Source: Thermoanaerobaculia bacterium (GTDB lineage Bacteria; Acidobacteriota; Thermoanaerobaculia; UBA5066). Taken from it: a DNA stretch of 64,000 bases. How positions within the stretch are numbered: the first letter of the stretch is position 1; each line of letters starts with the position of its first letter. The DNA lies in NCBI GenBank assembly GCA_038245905.1, contig JBBRRY010000003.1:32001-96000 (forward strand). Direction: 5' to 3'. The notes beneath the pieces are model-generated. The model saw only the letters and a list, made by a program, of their open reading frames with translations, was not told the origin of the DNA and did no database searches. This document shows positions 1 through 13,257 of the stretch, one piece after another. The position numbers and the translations under genes were made by a program.

Positions 1-363
1 GAGGTCCGTGAGCCGCACGACCGCAGAATCCAGCTGCCGGCCGTAGGCGTTCCGGACGACGGTCATCGGGAGGAGGCCGAAGCCCCGCGCCCGCGGCCCC
101 TCCACGTCCCGGGCCATGAGAATCGCGCCCGCGCAGGTGCCGAGGATCGGATCACCGCGGCTCGCGAGGACGCGGATCGCGTCCTCGATCCCGGTCCCTT
201 CCATGAGCAGGCGCAGCGTCGTCGACTCGCCGCCGGGAAGCACGAGTCCCGTCGACGCGAGGATTTCGTCCCTCGAACGCACGTCGCGCGCTTCGGCTCC
301 CGCGCGCTGGAGCGCGTTCCGGTGGGCTGCGAAGTCGCCCTGAAGGGCGAGGACGCCGATCAA
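1..363 (-). CDS. pdxT: PLP synthase glutaminase subunit PdxT (3' end runs off the window)
   Basis: Not in the ORF track. Manual minus-strand translation from TTG at 363 gives IGVLALQGDF...LVLPGGESTT...ILGTCAGAILMA...RNAYGRQ, the PdxT/SNO motifs. Lies directly downstream of pdxS. Confidence 0.93.
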   Translation of the reverse strand, partial: MIGVLALQGDFAAHRNALQRAGAEARDVRSRDEILASTGLVLPGGESTTLRLLMEGTGIEDAIRVLASRGDPILGTCAGAILMARDVEGPRARGFGLLPMTVVRNAYGRQLDSAVVRLTDL

Positions 364-367
364 GAAC

Positions 368-1285
368 CTACCAACCGCGGGTCTGGAGAAGCTCGGCCTC
401 GCTCAGCTTCGCGGCCTCGATGCCCTTCATGCCCTCGCCGAGACCCTCCGAAGCCTTCGCGATCCGCGCCGGATCCTGGAAATGCGTCGTCGCTTCCACG
501 ATCGCGCGCGCGCGCTTGGCCGGGTCCGACGACTTGAAGATGCCGGAGCCGACGAAGACCGCCTCGGCCCCGAGCATGCGGCAGAGGGCCGCGTCGGCGG
601 GCGTCGCGACGCCTCCCGCGGCGAAGTTCGGGACCGGGAGGCGGCCGTTCTCCGCGACCCAGACGACGAGCTCGAACGGGGCTCCGAGGTTCTTGGCGGC
701 GGTCATCCACTCGTCTTTCGTCAGGAGAGTCAGCGCCTTCATCTGCCGCGTGACCTCGCGCAGGTGCCGGACCGCGTGGACGATGTCGCCCGTGCCCGCC
801 TCGCCTTTCGTGCGGATCATCGCGGCCCCTTCGCCGATTCGACGGAGCGCCTCGCCGAGGTTGCGGCAGCCGCACACGAAAGGCACCTTGAAGTCGTGCT
901 TGTAGACGTGGTTCTCCTCGTCGGCGGGGGTCAGCACTTCCGATTCGTCGATGAAGTCCACCGCGAGCGCCTCCAGGATCCGCGCCTCCGCGAGGTGGCC
1001 GATGCGGCACTTCGCCATCACGGGGATCGACACGGCCGCCTGGATCTCGTGGATCTTCGAGACCGGCGACATGCGCGCAACGCCACCGTCCCGGCGGATG
1101 TCCGACGGCACACGCTCGAGCGCCATGACGGCGACGGCGCCGGCGTCCTCGGCGATCTTCGCCTGGTCGGCGTCGACGACGTCCATGATGACGCCGCCCT
1201 TGAGCATTTCGGCGAGTCCGACTTTCACGCGGAAGGCGTCCGTCGTGAACGGTGAAGAGAATCCAGGGTCGTTCGGTGTCGTCAT
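368..1285 (-). CDS. pdxS: PLP synthase lyase subunit PdxS
   Basis: [40 protein letters not shown] and [13 protein letters not shown] motifs. Confidence 0.98.
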   Translation of the reverse strand: MTTPNDPGFSSPFTTDAFRVKVGLAEMLKGGVIMDVVDADQAKIAEDAGAVAVMALERVPSDIRRDGGVARMSPVSKIHEIQAAVSIPVMAKCRIGHLAEARILEALAVDFIDESEVLTPADEENHVYKHDFKVPFVCGCRNLGEALRRIGEGAAMIRTKGEAGTGDIVHAVRHLREVTRQMKALTLLTKDEWMTAAKNLGAPFELVVWVAENGRLPVPNFAAGGVATPADAALCRMLGAEAVFVGSGIFKSSDPAKRARAIVEATTHFQDPARIAKASEGLGEGMKGIEAAKLSEAELLQTRGW

Positions 1286-1331
1286 GTTGAGAGCCTTTCG
1301 GGGATTTCAGTATCCCCTCCCGAAGAATCAT

Positions 1332-2843
1332 CTAAATTTGGATCAGCGCGGCCTCGGCCGCATCCCGGATTCCCTTCGCCGGAGTCCTCCGCCGCCGGGC
1401 AGCCTGCCGGGCCAGGTCCCGCGCCACCGCGCCCGCGATCTCGAGGGCCTTCTCGAGGTCCGACGCGGACCCGCGCGCGACGGAAATCCGGATCGCGGGA
1501 ACGTCCGCCTGATCGGGCTGGAAGTCGGCGCCCGCCGAGAGGAGCACTCCCTTCTCCCGCGCGGCCGCCACGAGAGCGCGGCCCGAGACGCCGGGAGGAA
1601 GCTCCGCCCAGAGGACGTACCCGCCGGAGGGCCGCTCGACGCGCGTTCCGATCGGAAAGCGGCTCAGGATCGTGCGATGCGCGAGGGCGAGGCGGTTCTT
1701 CAACCGGCTCCGCATGCGCACGAGATGCCGTTCGTAGTCTCCTCGGACGAGGAAGAGGTTCAGGGCCGCCTGCAGAACGGGCGGAGAGGTCAGCTCACCG
1801 ACGCGCTTGAGCGCCGCGAGCCGGTGCACGAATTCCCTTGGCCCTGCGATCCAGCCGACGCGCACGCCCGGGAAGAGCGCCTTCGAAATCGTGCCGAGGT
1901 GAATCACGTGCTCCGGCGCGAGAGCCGCGAACGGCGGGGGTAGCTCGCCTTCGACGAGGAGGTCTGCGTCAAACGCGTCCTCGACGAGAAGGACGCCCGC
2001 CGCCGCCGCGATCCGCGCAATTTCCGCCCGGCGCGACGGGGAAGACAGGAGCCCCGTCGGATTCTGGAAGTCGGGAATCGTGTAGACAAACTTGGGCCTC
2101 TCGAGGAGCGCACGCTCGAGGGCTGCGGGCACGATGCCGTCGCCGTCGAGCGGCACGCCGAAGAGCCGCGCCCGATGCGCGCGCAGGAGTGAGAGCGCCC
2201 CCGCGTACGACGGCGTCTCGACAACGACGACATCGCCCGGGTCCACGAGGGCCCGGGTGATGAGGTCGAGGCCCTGCTGCGCCCCGTTCACGATGAGAAG
2301 CGCATCCGGGTCGGCCGGGATCCCGCGCTTCACGAGGCGCCCGGCGAGCGTCTCGCGGAGAGGCCGGTAGCCGAAGGGGGACCCGTACGCGAGAAGCGAT
2401 CCGTCGCGCGCCACGTCCGCGAGGAGCGCTGCGAACGCCGCGGCCGGAAAGTCCCGCTCGTCCGGCGCGAGGCGCGAGAGGTCGTACGGCACAGAGGCGG
2501 GCTCGAGGGCCGGGGGCTCGGCGAGGATGCGCGAGAGGAGCGCCGACGCGATCCGGTCCCACGCGGGTGCGGGGCCGAGGACGGGCCCGGTGCTCGAACG
2601 GCGCGCCACGCGCGTGCCTCCGCCCTTGTTCGTCTCGATCCAACCCTCGCGCTTCAGGATCTGGAGGGCCTGATGAACGGTGGCCCGGTTCACCTCCAGC
2701 ACCCGGGCGAGGTCGCGCGACGCGGGCAGCCGCTCTCCCTCGACGTGCCGGCCCCGGCGGATGTCGCGAATGATCGCGTCCGCGATCGTGCGATAGAGCG
2801 GCACGCGGGACGGCGCCCGGGGCTCGGGAGCGTTTGTCGACAT
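1332..2843 (-). CDS. MocR/PdxR-type GntR regulator with PLP-dependent aminotransferase domain
   Basis: N-terminal wHTH (LYRTIAD...RLPASRDLARVLEVNRATV), plus NGAQQGL, PDFQNPTG and GTISKALFPGVRVGW. Adjacent to pdxST. Start is 2843 or 2852. Confidence 0.92.
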   Translation of the reverse strand: MSTNAPEPRAPSRVPLYRTIADAIIRDIRRGRHVEGERLPASRDLARVLEVNRATVHQALQILKREGWIETNKGGGTRVARRSSTGPVLGPAPAWDRIASALLSRILAEPPALEPASVPYDLSRLAPDERDFPAAAFAALLADVARDGSLLAYGSPFGYRPLRETLAGRLVKRGIPADPDALLIVNGAQQGLDLITRALVDPGDVVVVETPSYAGALSLLRAHRARLFGVPLDGDGIVPAALERALLERPKFVYTIPDFQNPTGLLSSPSRRAEIARIAAAAGVLLVEDAFDADLLVEGELPPPFAALAPEHVIHLGTISKALFPGVRVGWIAGPREFVHRLAALKRVGELTSPPVLQAALNLFLVRGDYERHLVRMRSRLKNRLALAHRTILSRFPIGTRVERPSGGYVLWAELPPGVSGRALVAAAREKGVLLSAGADFQPDQADVPAIRISVARGSASDLEKALEIAGAVARDLARQAARRRRTPAKGIRDAAEAALIQI

Positions 2844-2850
2844 CCCGGTC

Positions 2851-2907
2851 ATATTCGGCCTTGGCCTAGACCAACGTCAACGCTGATGGGTCCAACGCCC
2901 AACCAAG
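2851..2907 (-). promoter_or_regulatory. Putative promoter (TTGACG-18 nt-GAATAT) with candidate MocR operator
   Basis: -35-like hexamer at 2875-2880 and -10-like hexamer at 2851-2856. Imperfect palindrome TTGGCCTAGACCAA at 2861-2874. CCAACG direct repeats at 2871-2876 and 2892-2897. Confidence 0.5.
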
Positions 2908-2956
2908 CGATCGCCGACTCCGACCGCGCTTCGTCGGGTCGGCGCCGACACCGCCT

Positions 2957-3238
2957 CTATTCGCCGTGCGACACGAGGGTCGCGTAGGCGCGCTCCATCT
3001 CCTCGGCGTAGAGGAGATCCCATTCGCGCGACCCCTCGACGACGCGGCGTGCTTTGCCGAGGAGCTTCTTCTCAGTCTCTTTCGCGAGGCGCTCATTCTC
3101 CTTGTCCCACGCGAGAAGCGCTTGGAGCACCCGGTTGCGGACGAACTCGCGCTCGCCAGCGAGCGCGACCCCCGGCGTTCTTTGGAGCCGCTCGACCATG
3201 CGGTGGGAGATGTCGACGGCGCGCTCGCGCGAGATCAA
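2957..3238 (-). CDS. DUF507-like small protein
   Basis: TTG start after GAGGCGG gives MISRERAVDISHRMVERL...VEGSREWDLLYAEEMER, resembling DUF507. The 190-aa ORF in the track is over-extended. Confidence 0.7.
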   Translation of the reverse strand: MISRERAVDISHRMVERLQRTPGVALAGEREFVRNRVLQALLAWDKENERLAKETEKKLLGKARRVVEGSREWDLLYAEEMERAYATLVSHGE

Positions 3239-3248
3239 CTTAACCGCC

Positions 3249-3902
3249 TCAATGGATTCTCCGCGGGCCGTCCGACGGCCCGCTCCTAAGCGCGGCGACG
3301 CCCCGCGCCGTGAGGGGATGATCGAATAGTCTATCCAGCACGGCGAATGGGAGCGTCGCGACATCCGCTCCAAGGGCCGCCGCATCCAGGACGTGAATGG
3401 GGTTCTGGATTCCCTGCACAGAGATCTGGGTCTCGAGGCCGTAGTTGTCGAAGACGCGCACGATGGATTCGACGACGTCCATGCCGATCTGGCCGGCGTC
3501 GTCGAGCTCGCCGACGGACGGCGAGACATAGGCGCTGCCCGAACGCGCGGCGAGAAGGGCCTGCGTCGCCGTGAAAACGAGCCCCACGTCCGTGGAAATT
3601 TGCTCGTCGCCCAGGAGACGCACGACGCGGAGCCCCTCCCGGGTCATCGGGACGCGCAGGACGACGTTCTTGCCGTGTTTGTGAAGTTCGCGGGCCTCTT
3701 TGTACATGGCCTTCGGGTCGCCGGCCGCGAGCGTCGCGACGACTGGACCGTCTCCCACCTGCGCGAGATCCGCGAGGACGCGGCGCGCGTCGCGGCCCTT
3801 CATCTCCGCGGACTCGGGCCTGAGCAGGATCCCGTCCAGAAGGCCCCAGTCGCGGACTCGGCGAGCCTCTTCGGGGTCGGCGGTGTCGAGAAAAAAACGC
3901 AT
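3249..3902 (-). CDS. Transaldolase/fructose-6-phosphate aldolase-fold protein, predicted catalytically inactive
   Basis: Scaffold motifs MRFFLDTA, QALLAA, AYVSP, LDD and HPLT are kept. The Schiff-base motif VVKIP reads VLRVP and TTNP reads LLRP. Confidence 0.88.
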   Translation of the reverse strand: MRFFLDTADPEEARRVRDWGLLDGILLRPESAEMKGRDARRVLADLAQVGDGPVVATLAAGDPKAMYKEARELHKHGKNVVLRVPMTREGLRVVRLLGDEQISTDVGLVFTATQALLAARSGSAYVSPSVGELDDAGQIGMDVVESIVRVFDNYGLETQISVQGIQNPIHVLDAAALGADVATLPFAVLDRLFDHPLTARGVAALRSGPSDGPRRIH

Positions 3903-3915
3903 TGGACCGCGGAGT

Positions 3916-6513
3916 CTACTCGCCTGCTCCGGCCGAACCGGGCGCATCGCCCTCGGGCTCCTCGTCCTTGTCCCCGATGTTCGCGAGCTTGGCGACCGCG
4001 ACCACGCGGTCTCCGTCCGCGAGGTCGATGAGTTTGACGCCCATCGCCGCGCGACCCGTTTCCCTTACGTCCGCGACCGCGAGGCGAATGATGATTCCCT
4101 GTTCCGTGATCACGAGAAGATGATCGGTCTCCGTCACGGACGAGATCCCGACGACCGGGCCGTTCTTCTCGCTGACGCGCACGTTGATGACACCGGACCC
4201 GCCCCGCGTCTGGTGGCGGTATTCGGCGACATCCGTCCGCTTGCCGTATCCCTTCTCGGTGACCGCGAGGAGCGTTCCCGTCTCTTCGACTAGGTCCATC
4301 TCGACGACGACATCATCGCCCTTGAGCTCGATGCCCTTGACCCCCGTCGTGTCGCGGCCCATCGCTCGCGTGTCCGTCTCGGAGAACTTGATTCCCATCC
4401 CGAGGCGCGTGCCGAGAAAGACCTGCCGGGTCCCGTCCGTGATCTGCGCCGAGAGCAGCTCGTCTCCGTCCTCGAGCTTGATCGCGATGATGCCCTTCTC
4501 GCGCGGATTTCCGTACGCCGAGAGCACCGTCTTCTTGACGAGTCCGCGCTTCGTCGCGAACAGGAGGTATCGGTCGTCGGGGAACGTCCGCGTCGTCGTC
4601 ATCGCGGCCATGCGCTCGCCGTCCTCGAGCGCGAGAAGGTTCACGAGCGCCTTCCCGCGCGTCGCGGGCCCGCCGGAGGGCACGTCGTAGAGCTTCACCC
4701 AGTGGGCGCGGCCCTTGTTCGTGAAGGCGAGGAGGTAGTCGTGCGTCGACCCGACGAAAAGGTGCTCGACGACGTCCTCCTCTTTCGTCTGGGCTCCCAT
4801 GCGCCCCTTGCCTCCCCGCTTCTGCGCGCGGTAGACGGCGAGCGGAGTCGTCTTTGCGTAGCCCCCCCGGCTGATCGTCAGCACGACCTCCTCTTCGGCG
4901 ATGAGGTCCTCGTCGGCGAGGTCGTTAGCCGCCGCGACGATCTCGGTGCGACGCGGGCGCCCGAACGTCTCCTGGATCGCGGTGAGCTCGCCGCGGATGA
5001 TCGTGGTGACGCGCTCGCTCTTCGCGAGGATGTCCTTCAAGTCGGCAATCGTCGCGAGGACCTCCCTGTATTCCGCCACGATCTTGTCGCGCTCGAGGCC
5101 CGTCAGGCGCTGGAGGCGCATGTCGAGAATCGCCTGTGCCTGCACGGCGTCGAGTCGCAGGAGTCCGTCCTCGGTGCGCGCGGAGGCGGACACGTCGAGG
5201 GTCGCGACGCCGAGAAACTTCTCGAGCGCGGCCTTCTCGACGGTCACCTCGGCCGACAGCCGGTTCCTGGCCTCCTCGGCGTCCTTGCTGCCGCGGATGA
5301 TCGCGAGGACTCGGTCCAGGTTCGAGAGGGCGATCGCGAGCCCGAGGAGCAGGTGCGCGCGCTCCTCGGCCTTCCGGAGGTCGAAAATCGTACGGCGCAC
5401 GACGACCTGGCGGCGGTGATCGAGGAAGTGGCGGAAGAGCTCCTTGAGCGGGAGGACCCGCGGCTGCCCGTCCACGATCGCGAGCGCGTTGATCCCGAAG
5501 GAAGACTGGAGCGGGGTCGCCGAGAGGATCTGGTTCAGGACGACCTGGGCGATCGCGTCGCGCTTGACGTCCACGACCATCCGCATGCCGTCGCGGTCGG
5601 ACTCGTCGCGGATCGCCGAGATACCGTCGATCTTCTTGTCGTTGACGAGTCCGGCGATCTGCTCGATGAGCCGGGCCTTGTTGACCTGGAAGGGAAGCTC
5701 GGTCACGACGATCGACTCGCGGTCGCCTTTCTTGTTCTTCTCGATTTCCGCGCGCCCGCGCACCTGCAGGATGCCGCGGCCCGTCTTGTAGGCGTCCACG
5801 ATGCCCTGCCGGCCCAGGATGATGCCGCCCGTCGGGAAGTCCGGCCCCGGCATGACCGCGAGAAGCGCTCCCAGGTCCGCGCCGGCGTCGTCGAGGAGGA
5901 CGATCGCCGCCGCGCAGGCCTCGGCGAGGTTGTGCGGCGCGATCTTCGTCGCCATGCCGACAGCGATGCCCTCGGCTCCGTTCACGATCAGGTTCGGAAA
6001 TTTGGCGGGGAGGACCGTCGGCTCCTGCAGGGAGCCGTCGTAGTTCAGCGTCCAGTCGACCGTTTCCTTGTCGATGTCGTCGCCGAGCAGTTCTTCGGCG
6101 AGGCGCGTGAGGCGGATCTCCGTGTAGCGCATCGCGGCCGCCGAGTCGCCGTCGACCGAGCCGAAATTGCCCTGCCCGTCCACCAGGGGCTCGCTCATCG
6201 AGAAGTCTTGCGCCATCCGCACGATCGTGTCGTAGATCGCGGCGTCGCCGTGCGGGTGGTACTTGCCCATGATGTCGCCGACGAGCCGCGCCGACTTCTT
6301 GTAGGGCCGGTTGTGCCGGTTCGACTGCTCCCACATCCCGAAGAGAACCCGTCGGTGCACTGGCTTCAGTCCGTCGCGCACATCGGGCAGGGCCCGCCCG
6401 ACGATGACGGACATCGCATAGTCGAGATAGCTCCGCTTGATCTCCTCCTCGATGGAGACCGGGATTTTCTCCGTCGGGTCGATCGTGGGCGGCTTTTCGG
6501 GAGTGCTGGTCAT
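3916..6513 (-). CDS. gyrA: DNA gyrase subunit A
   Basis: [35 protein letters not shown] (catalytic Tyr), GyrA-box QKRGGKG and C-terminal beta-pinwheel repeats. Confidence 0.98.
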   Translation of the reverse strand: MTSTPEKPPTIDPTEKIPVSIEEEIKRSYLDYAMSVIVGRALPDVRDGLKPVHRRVLFGMWEQSNRHNRPYKKSARLVGDIMGKYHPHGDAAIYDTIVRMAQDFSMSEPLVDGQGNFGSVDGDSAAAMRYTEIRLTRLAEELLGDDIDKETVDWTLNYDGSLQEPTVLPAKFPNLIVNGAEGIAVGMATKIAPHNLAEACAAAIVLLDDAGADLGALLAVMPGPDFPTGGIILGRQGIVDAYKTGRGILQVRGRAEIEKNKKGDRESIVVTELPFQVNKARLIEQIAGLVNDKKIDGISAIRDESDRDGMRMVVDVKRDAIAQVVLNQILSATPLQSSFGINALAIVDGQPRVLPLKELFRHFLDHRRQVVVRRTIFDLRKAEERAHLLLGLAIALSNLDRVLAIIRGSKDAEEARNRLSAEVTVEKAALEKFLGVATLDVSASARTEDGLLRLDAVQAQAILDMRLQRLTGLERDKIVAEYREVLATIADLKDILAKSERVTTIIRGELTAIQETFGRPRRTEIVAAANDLADEDLIAEEEVVLTISRGGYAKTTPLAVYRAQKRGGKGRMGAQTKEEDVVEHLFVGSTHDYLLAFTNKGRAHWVKLYDVPSGGPATRGKALVNLLALEDGERMAAMTTTRTFPDDRYLLFATKRGLVKKTVLSAYGNPREKGIIAIKLEDGDELLSAQITDGTRQVFLGTRLGMGIKFSETDTRAMGRDTTGVKGIELKGDDVVVEMDLVEETGTLLAVTEKGYGKRTDVAEYRHQTRGGSGVINVRVSEKNGPVVGISSVTETDHLLVITEQGIIIRLAVADVRETGRAAMGVKLIDLADGDRVVAVAKLANIGDKDEEPEGDAPGSAGAGE

Positions 6514-6514
6514 G

Positions 6515-10232
<3,718 letters not shown>

Positions 10233-10233
<1 letters not shown>

Positions 10234-11357
10234 TACATCCTCATCGGCATCACGACGTAGAGGTAGCTGCGGATGCCGCCCAGCGGCTCGGCCGGGCGTC
10301 CCTGACACTGCGCCTGCTCGTCCTTCACGAAGAGGTGGACGTCCTTCGTCTCGGCCGCTTCGAGAAACTGCTCGAGATAGCGCGCGTTGAGCCGCAGCGT
10401 CACGGCGGCGTTGTCGTATGCGATGGCGATTTCCTGAGAGCCGTCGCCGACCTCCTGGCTCTCGGAGGAAACGACGAGCGCGTCCTTCTGGAAGGCGAGA
10501 CTCACGGCCTTCATCCGGTCGCCGGAGAGGAGAGAGATCCTTCTAACGGCACCGAGAAGCTCTTCGCGCGGCACGACCGCTTTCTTGTCGTTTTCCTTGC
10601 TGATGACCTTTTCGTAGTCCGGGAAACGGCGCTCGTCGAGCTTCGAGAAGAGCCTTCGGCTCCCCACCGAGAAGCCAATGTGGTTCGTTCCGCGCATGAT
10701 CGTGACGGGCGCGTCGTCGGCCGCGTCGAGCTTGCCGAGCTCGTCGAGAATCTTCTTGGAAACGAGAACGGGTTCGAACCCGGCTTCCGCCTTTGCCCCT
10801 TCGACTTCGACGAGCGCCAGCCGGTGCCCGTCCGTCGCCACCATCTCGACCGTGCCGCCCTTCGTCTTGAGGAGGGCGCCCTGAAGCTGGAGGCGCATCT
10901 CTTCGGTGGAGACGGCGAATCGCACCTTGTCGACCATCCGGCGCAAGGCCCCGAACGAAAGCGTGAGCGTGGGTCCGCCGGCCGGTTCGGGGCGCGTTGG
11001 ATAGTCTCCCGCTGGCAGTCCGTTCAGCCTGATCCTGAGCTTCGGCTCCTTGCACTCGAGGGAAACATGGTTGTTCTCGAGCACCTTGAGCCTGATTTCC
11101 GCATTTGGCGGCAATTCCCGCACGACGTCATAGAGCCGGCGTGCGGGGGCGGTGACCGCGCCCGCGCTCTTCAACGTGACCGGAGATATTTCGGACACGA
11201 GGGTCGTGTCGAGATCCGTTGCCGTGAGAGTAAGTACCCCGCCCTTGGCCTCGAGCAGGACATTCGTGAGGATTTGATGCGTTGTCCGCTTTTCGACGAC
11301 GCCCTGAATCAGGCTCAGTTCACGAGCCAGTATCGAAGCCGGAAGTGTCAGCTCCAC
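10233..11357 (-). CDS. dnaN: DNA polymerase III beta sliding clamp
   Basis: LTATDLD, VATDGHRLA, FPDYEKVI and terminal VVMPMRM. SD AAGGAG upstream. Confidence 0.97.
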
Positions 11358-11603
11358 GACGTCTCCTTTATCTCTTGAATCTTATCATTTACAGGTATTC
11401 AAAAGAAGTAGAAGTAGTAGGGAGAACAAAAAAGTGCGATAGGAGATAAATAACTCATAAACAATCATTTAGAGCCAGCACCAAGTTGTGGAACTCTCTC
11501 CGGCGATCTGTGAAAAGGAGGGCGGCCCGTCGGGACGTAAGGCGACTTTTCCTACGGTGGCGGCGAAGGCTTTCCCGGTTGGGCGGAAAAGGGGTGGAAA
11601 ACG
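11358..11603. other. Chromosomal replication origin oriC (dnaA-dnaN intergenic)
   Basis: Conspicuous AT-rich tract at about 11365-11475. Six DnaA-trios at 11403-11420. DnaA-box-like 9-mers at 11487-11495, 11509-11517, 11582-11590 and 11593-11601. IHF-like site at 11459-11471. Confidence 0.88.
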
Positions 11604-12917
11604 TCACCGAAACTGGGCCAGAAAGCCCGCCAGGAGCCGGTCGAGGACCGGGTCTTCCTCCCGCAACGCCGCGATTTTCCGGATGGCGTGGAGAGCCGTC
11701 GTGTGGTGTTTGTCGGAGAACAGGCGGCCAATTTCAGGAAGGGACAGCCCCGTGGCCTCTTTGAGGACGTACATCGTGACCTGCCGCGCGAAGACGATGG
11801 GACCTCTCTTCGTGCGCGCCCGAAGCTCTGCGGGCTTGAGACCATAGTGCGCACCGACGAGTTTCAGGATCTCGGCGGGAGACGTGGCGTGTTCCTCGGC
11901 GCGAAAGACGTCTCGGAGGGCCTCCCGCCCGAGGTCGAGCGAGATCGGCTCGCCCTTTAGGGAGGCGAACGCGACGACGCGGTTGAAATACCCCTCCAGC
12001 TCCCGGATCGACGACTTGATCTTCCCCGCCAGGAAGAACGCGACGTCGTCCTCGAGGACGACCTGGTTGGCCTCGGCTTTCTGCCTCAGGATCGCGACCT
12101 TCGTCTCGAAGTCGGGCAGCTGGACGTCCACGATGAGGCCGCCCTCGAACCGGCTCTTAAGACGATCCGTGAGGCCCGGGATCTCGCGGGGCGGGACGTC
12201 GGAGGAGAAGACGATCTGGTTCCCCTCGTCATACAGCGCGTTGAACGTATGGAAGAGCTCGTTCTCCGATGCCTCCTTCCCGACGACGAACTGCACGTCG
12301 TCGAGGAGCAGGATGTCCGCGGCACGGAAGCGCTGCCGCAGGCTTTCCATCTTGTTAAACCGCACGCCGAGGACAACCTCGTTGACGAAGTTCTCGGAGG
12401 TCAGGTAGACGACTTTCTCGCCAGGCCGGCGCGAGAGCCGGCGGTGGCCGATCGCCTGCATGAGGTGCGTCTTGCCGAGGCCGGTCCCACCGCAGACGAA
12501 AAGCGGGTTGTACTGTCGGGAGGTCTGGTCCGCAACGCGGAGCGCCGCCGCGTGCGCGAGGCGGTTGGACTCGCCGGTCACGAAGTGCTCGAACGTGTAC
12601 GCGGGATTCAGCCCACCGGCCCGCCGGCGCGGCTCGGCGGGCACCTTCTGGGGGTTTACGGCGGAGCGGTAGTCTCCGTCGGCGCCGAATCGGATCTCCC
12701 GGTTACCTGCGCCAGCGAGGCGAGCCGCTTCGGCGATCTGCACGGCGTAGGCTTCGGGGATGTAGTCGACGAAGAGGGGAGTCCGGACCTGCACGAAAAT
12801 GGCATCGGGGGTCTCGGACTTCTGCCGCGAATCCCGGAACCAGGAGTCGAACTCGCGCTCGTCCACCCGCGTTTTCAGGTGCTCCAGAATCTTGGCCCAA
12901 GTCGATGTCTTTTCCAC
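11604..12917 (-). CDS. dnaA: Chromosomal replication initiator DnaA
   Basis: LNPAYTFEHFV, YNPLF, Walker A GGTGLGKTHL, LLLDDVQF and a domain IV helix. GTG start at 12917 with GGAG SD; the 573-aa ORF is over-extended. Confidence 0.97.
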   Translation of the reverse strand: MEKTSTWAKILEHLKTRVDEREFDSWFRDSRQKSETPDAIFVQVRTPLFVDYIPEAYAVQIAEAARLAGAGNREIRFGADGDYRSAVNPQKVPAEPRRRAGGLNPAYTFEHFVTGESNRLAHAAALRVADQTSRQYNPLFVCGGTGLGKTHLMQAIGHRRLSRRPGEKVVYLTSENFVNEVVLGVRFNKMESLRQRFRAADILLLDDVQFVVGKEASENELFHTFNALYDEGNQIVFSSDVPPREIPGLTDRLKSRFEGGLIVDVQLPDFETKVAILRQKAEANQVVLEDDVAFFLAGKIKSSIRELEGYFNRVVAFASLKGEPISLDLGREALRDVFRAEEHATSPAEILKLVGAHYGLKPAELRARTKRGPIVFARQVTMYVLKEATGLSLPEIGRLFSDKHHTTALHAIRKIAALREEDPVLDRLLAGFLAQFR

Positions 12918-12972
12918 AGGATCTCCACCGCTGTGCATATCGGGCGTTACGGAGGGGAGGCCGATGGTATCA
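12910..12972 (-). promoter_or_regulatory. dnaA promoter region with DnaA boxes
   Basis: TTTTCCACA (12910-12918) overlaps the start codon. TGTGCATAT at 12932-12940 has one mismatch. Extended -10 TGATACCAT on the minus strand at 12964-12972. Confidence 0.6.
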
Positions 12973-13002
12973 GCGCGCCTTCGGGGCGGGAAGGGGGCGC
13001 GG

Positions 13003-13031
13003 TTGACAGGAAGAGCTTGACCCCCGAGAAT
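13003..13031 (+). promoter_or_regulatory. sigma70-type promoter for the rpmH operon
   Basis: TTGACA-17 nt-GAGAAT upstream of the GGAGG SD and rpmH. Confidence 0.6.
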
Positions 13032-13060
13032 CCCCGTCCCCCTCGGAGGGATTGCGCACC

Positions 13061-13204
13061 ATGTCCAAGACAAAACGCACGTTTCAGCCCAACAACCGTC
13101 ACCGAAGCAGGACCCACGGGTTCCTGGTCCGGATGAGATCCAAGTCGGGTCGTGCCGTCCTGGCCCGCCGCCGGGCGAAAGGGCGCAAGCGCATCTCCGC
13201 CTGA
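13061..13204 (+). CDS. rpmH: 50S ribosomal protein L34
   Basis: Not in the ORF track (47 aa): [54 protein letters not shown]. Confidence 0.97.
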   Translation: MSKTKRTFQPNNRHRSRTHGFLVRMRSKSGRAVLARRRAKGRKRISA

Positions 13205-13257
13205 GCGGGGAGGCGTCACCGGATTCGCCGCCAACACCGCGGCTTCCGGCCGGTTCC

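Noticed and set aside
5150-5270. Insertion in GyrA (and the long insertion in GyrB) as possible inteins
   Set aside because: No C/S...HN-C/S/T splice motifs or endonuclease signature. They fall where lineage-specific gyrase insertions are common.
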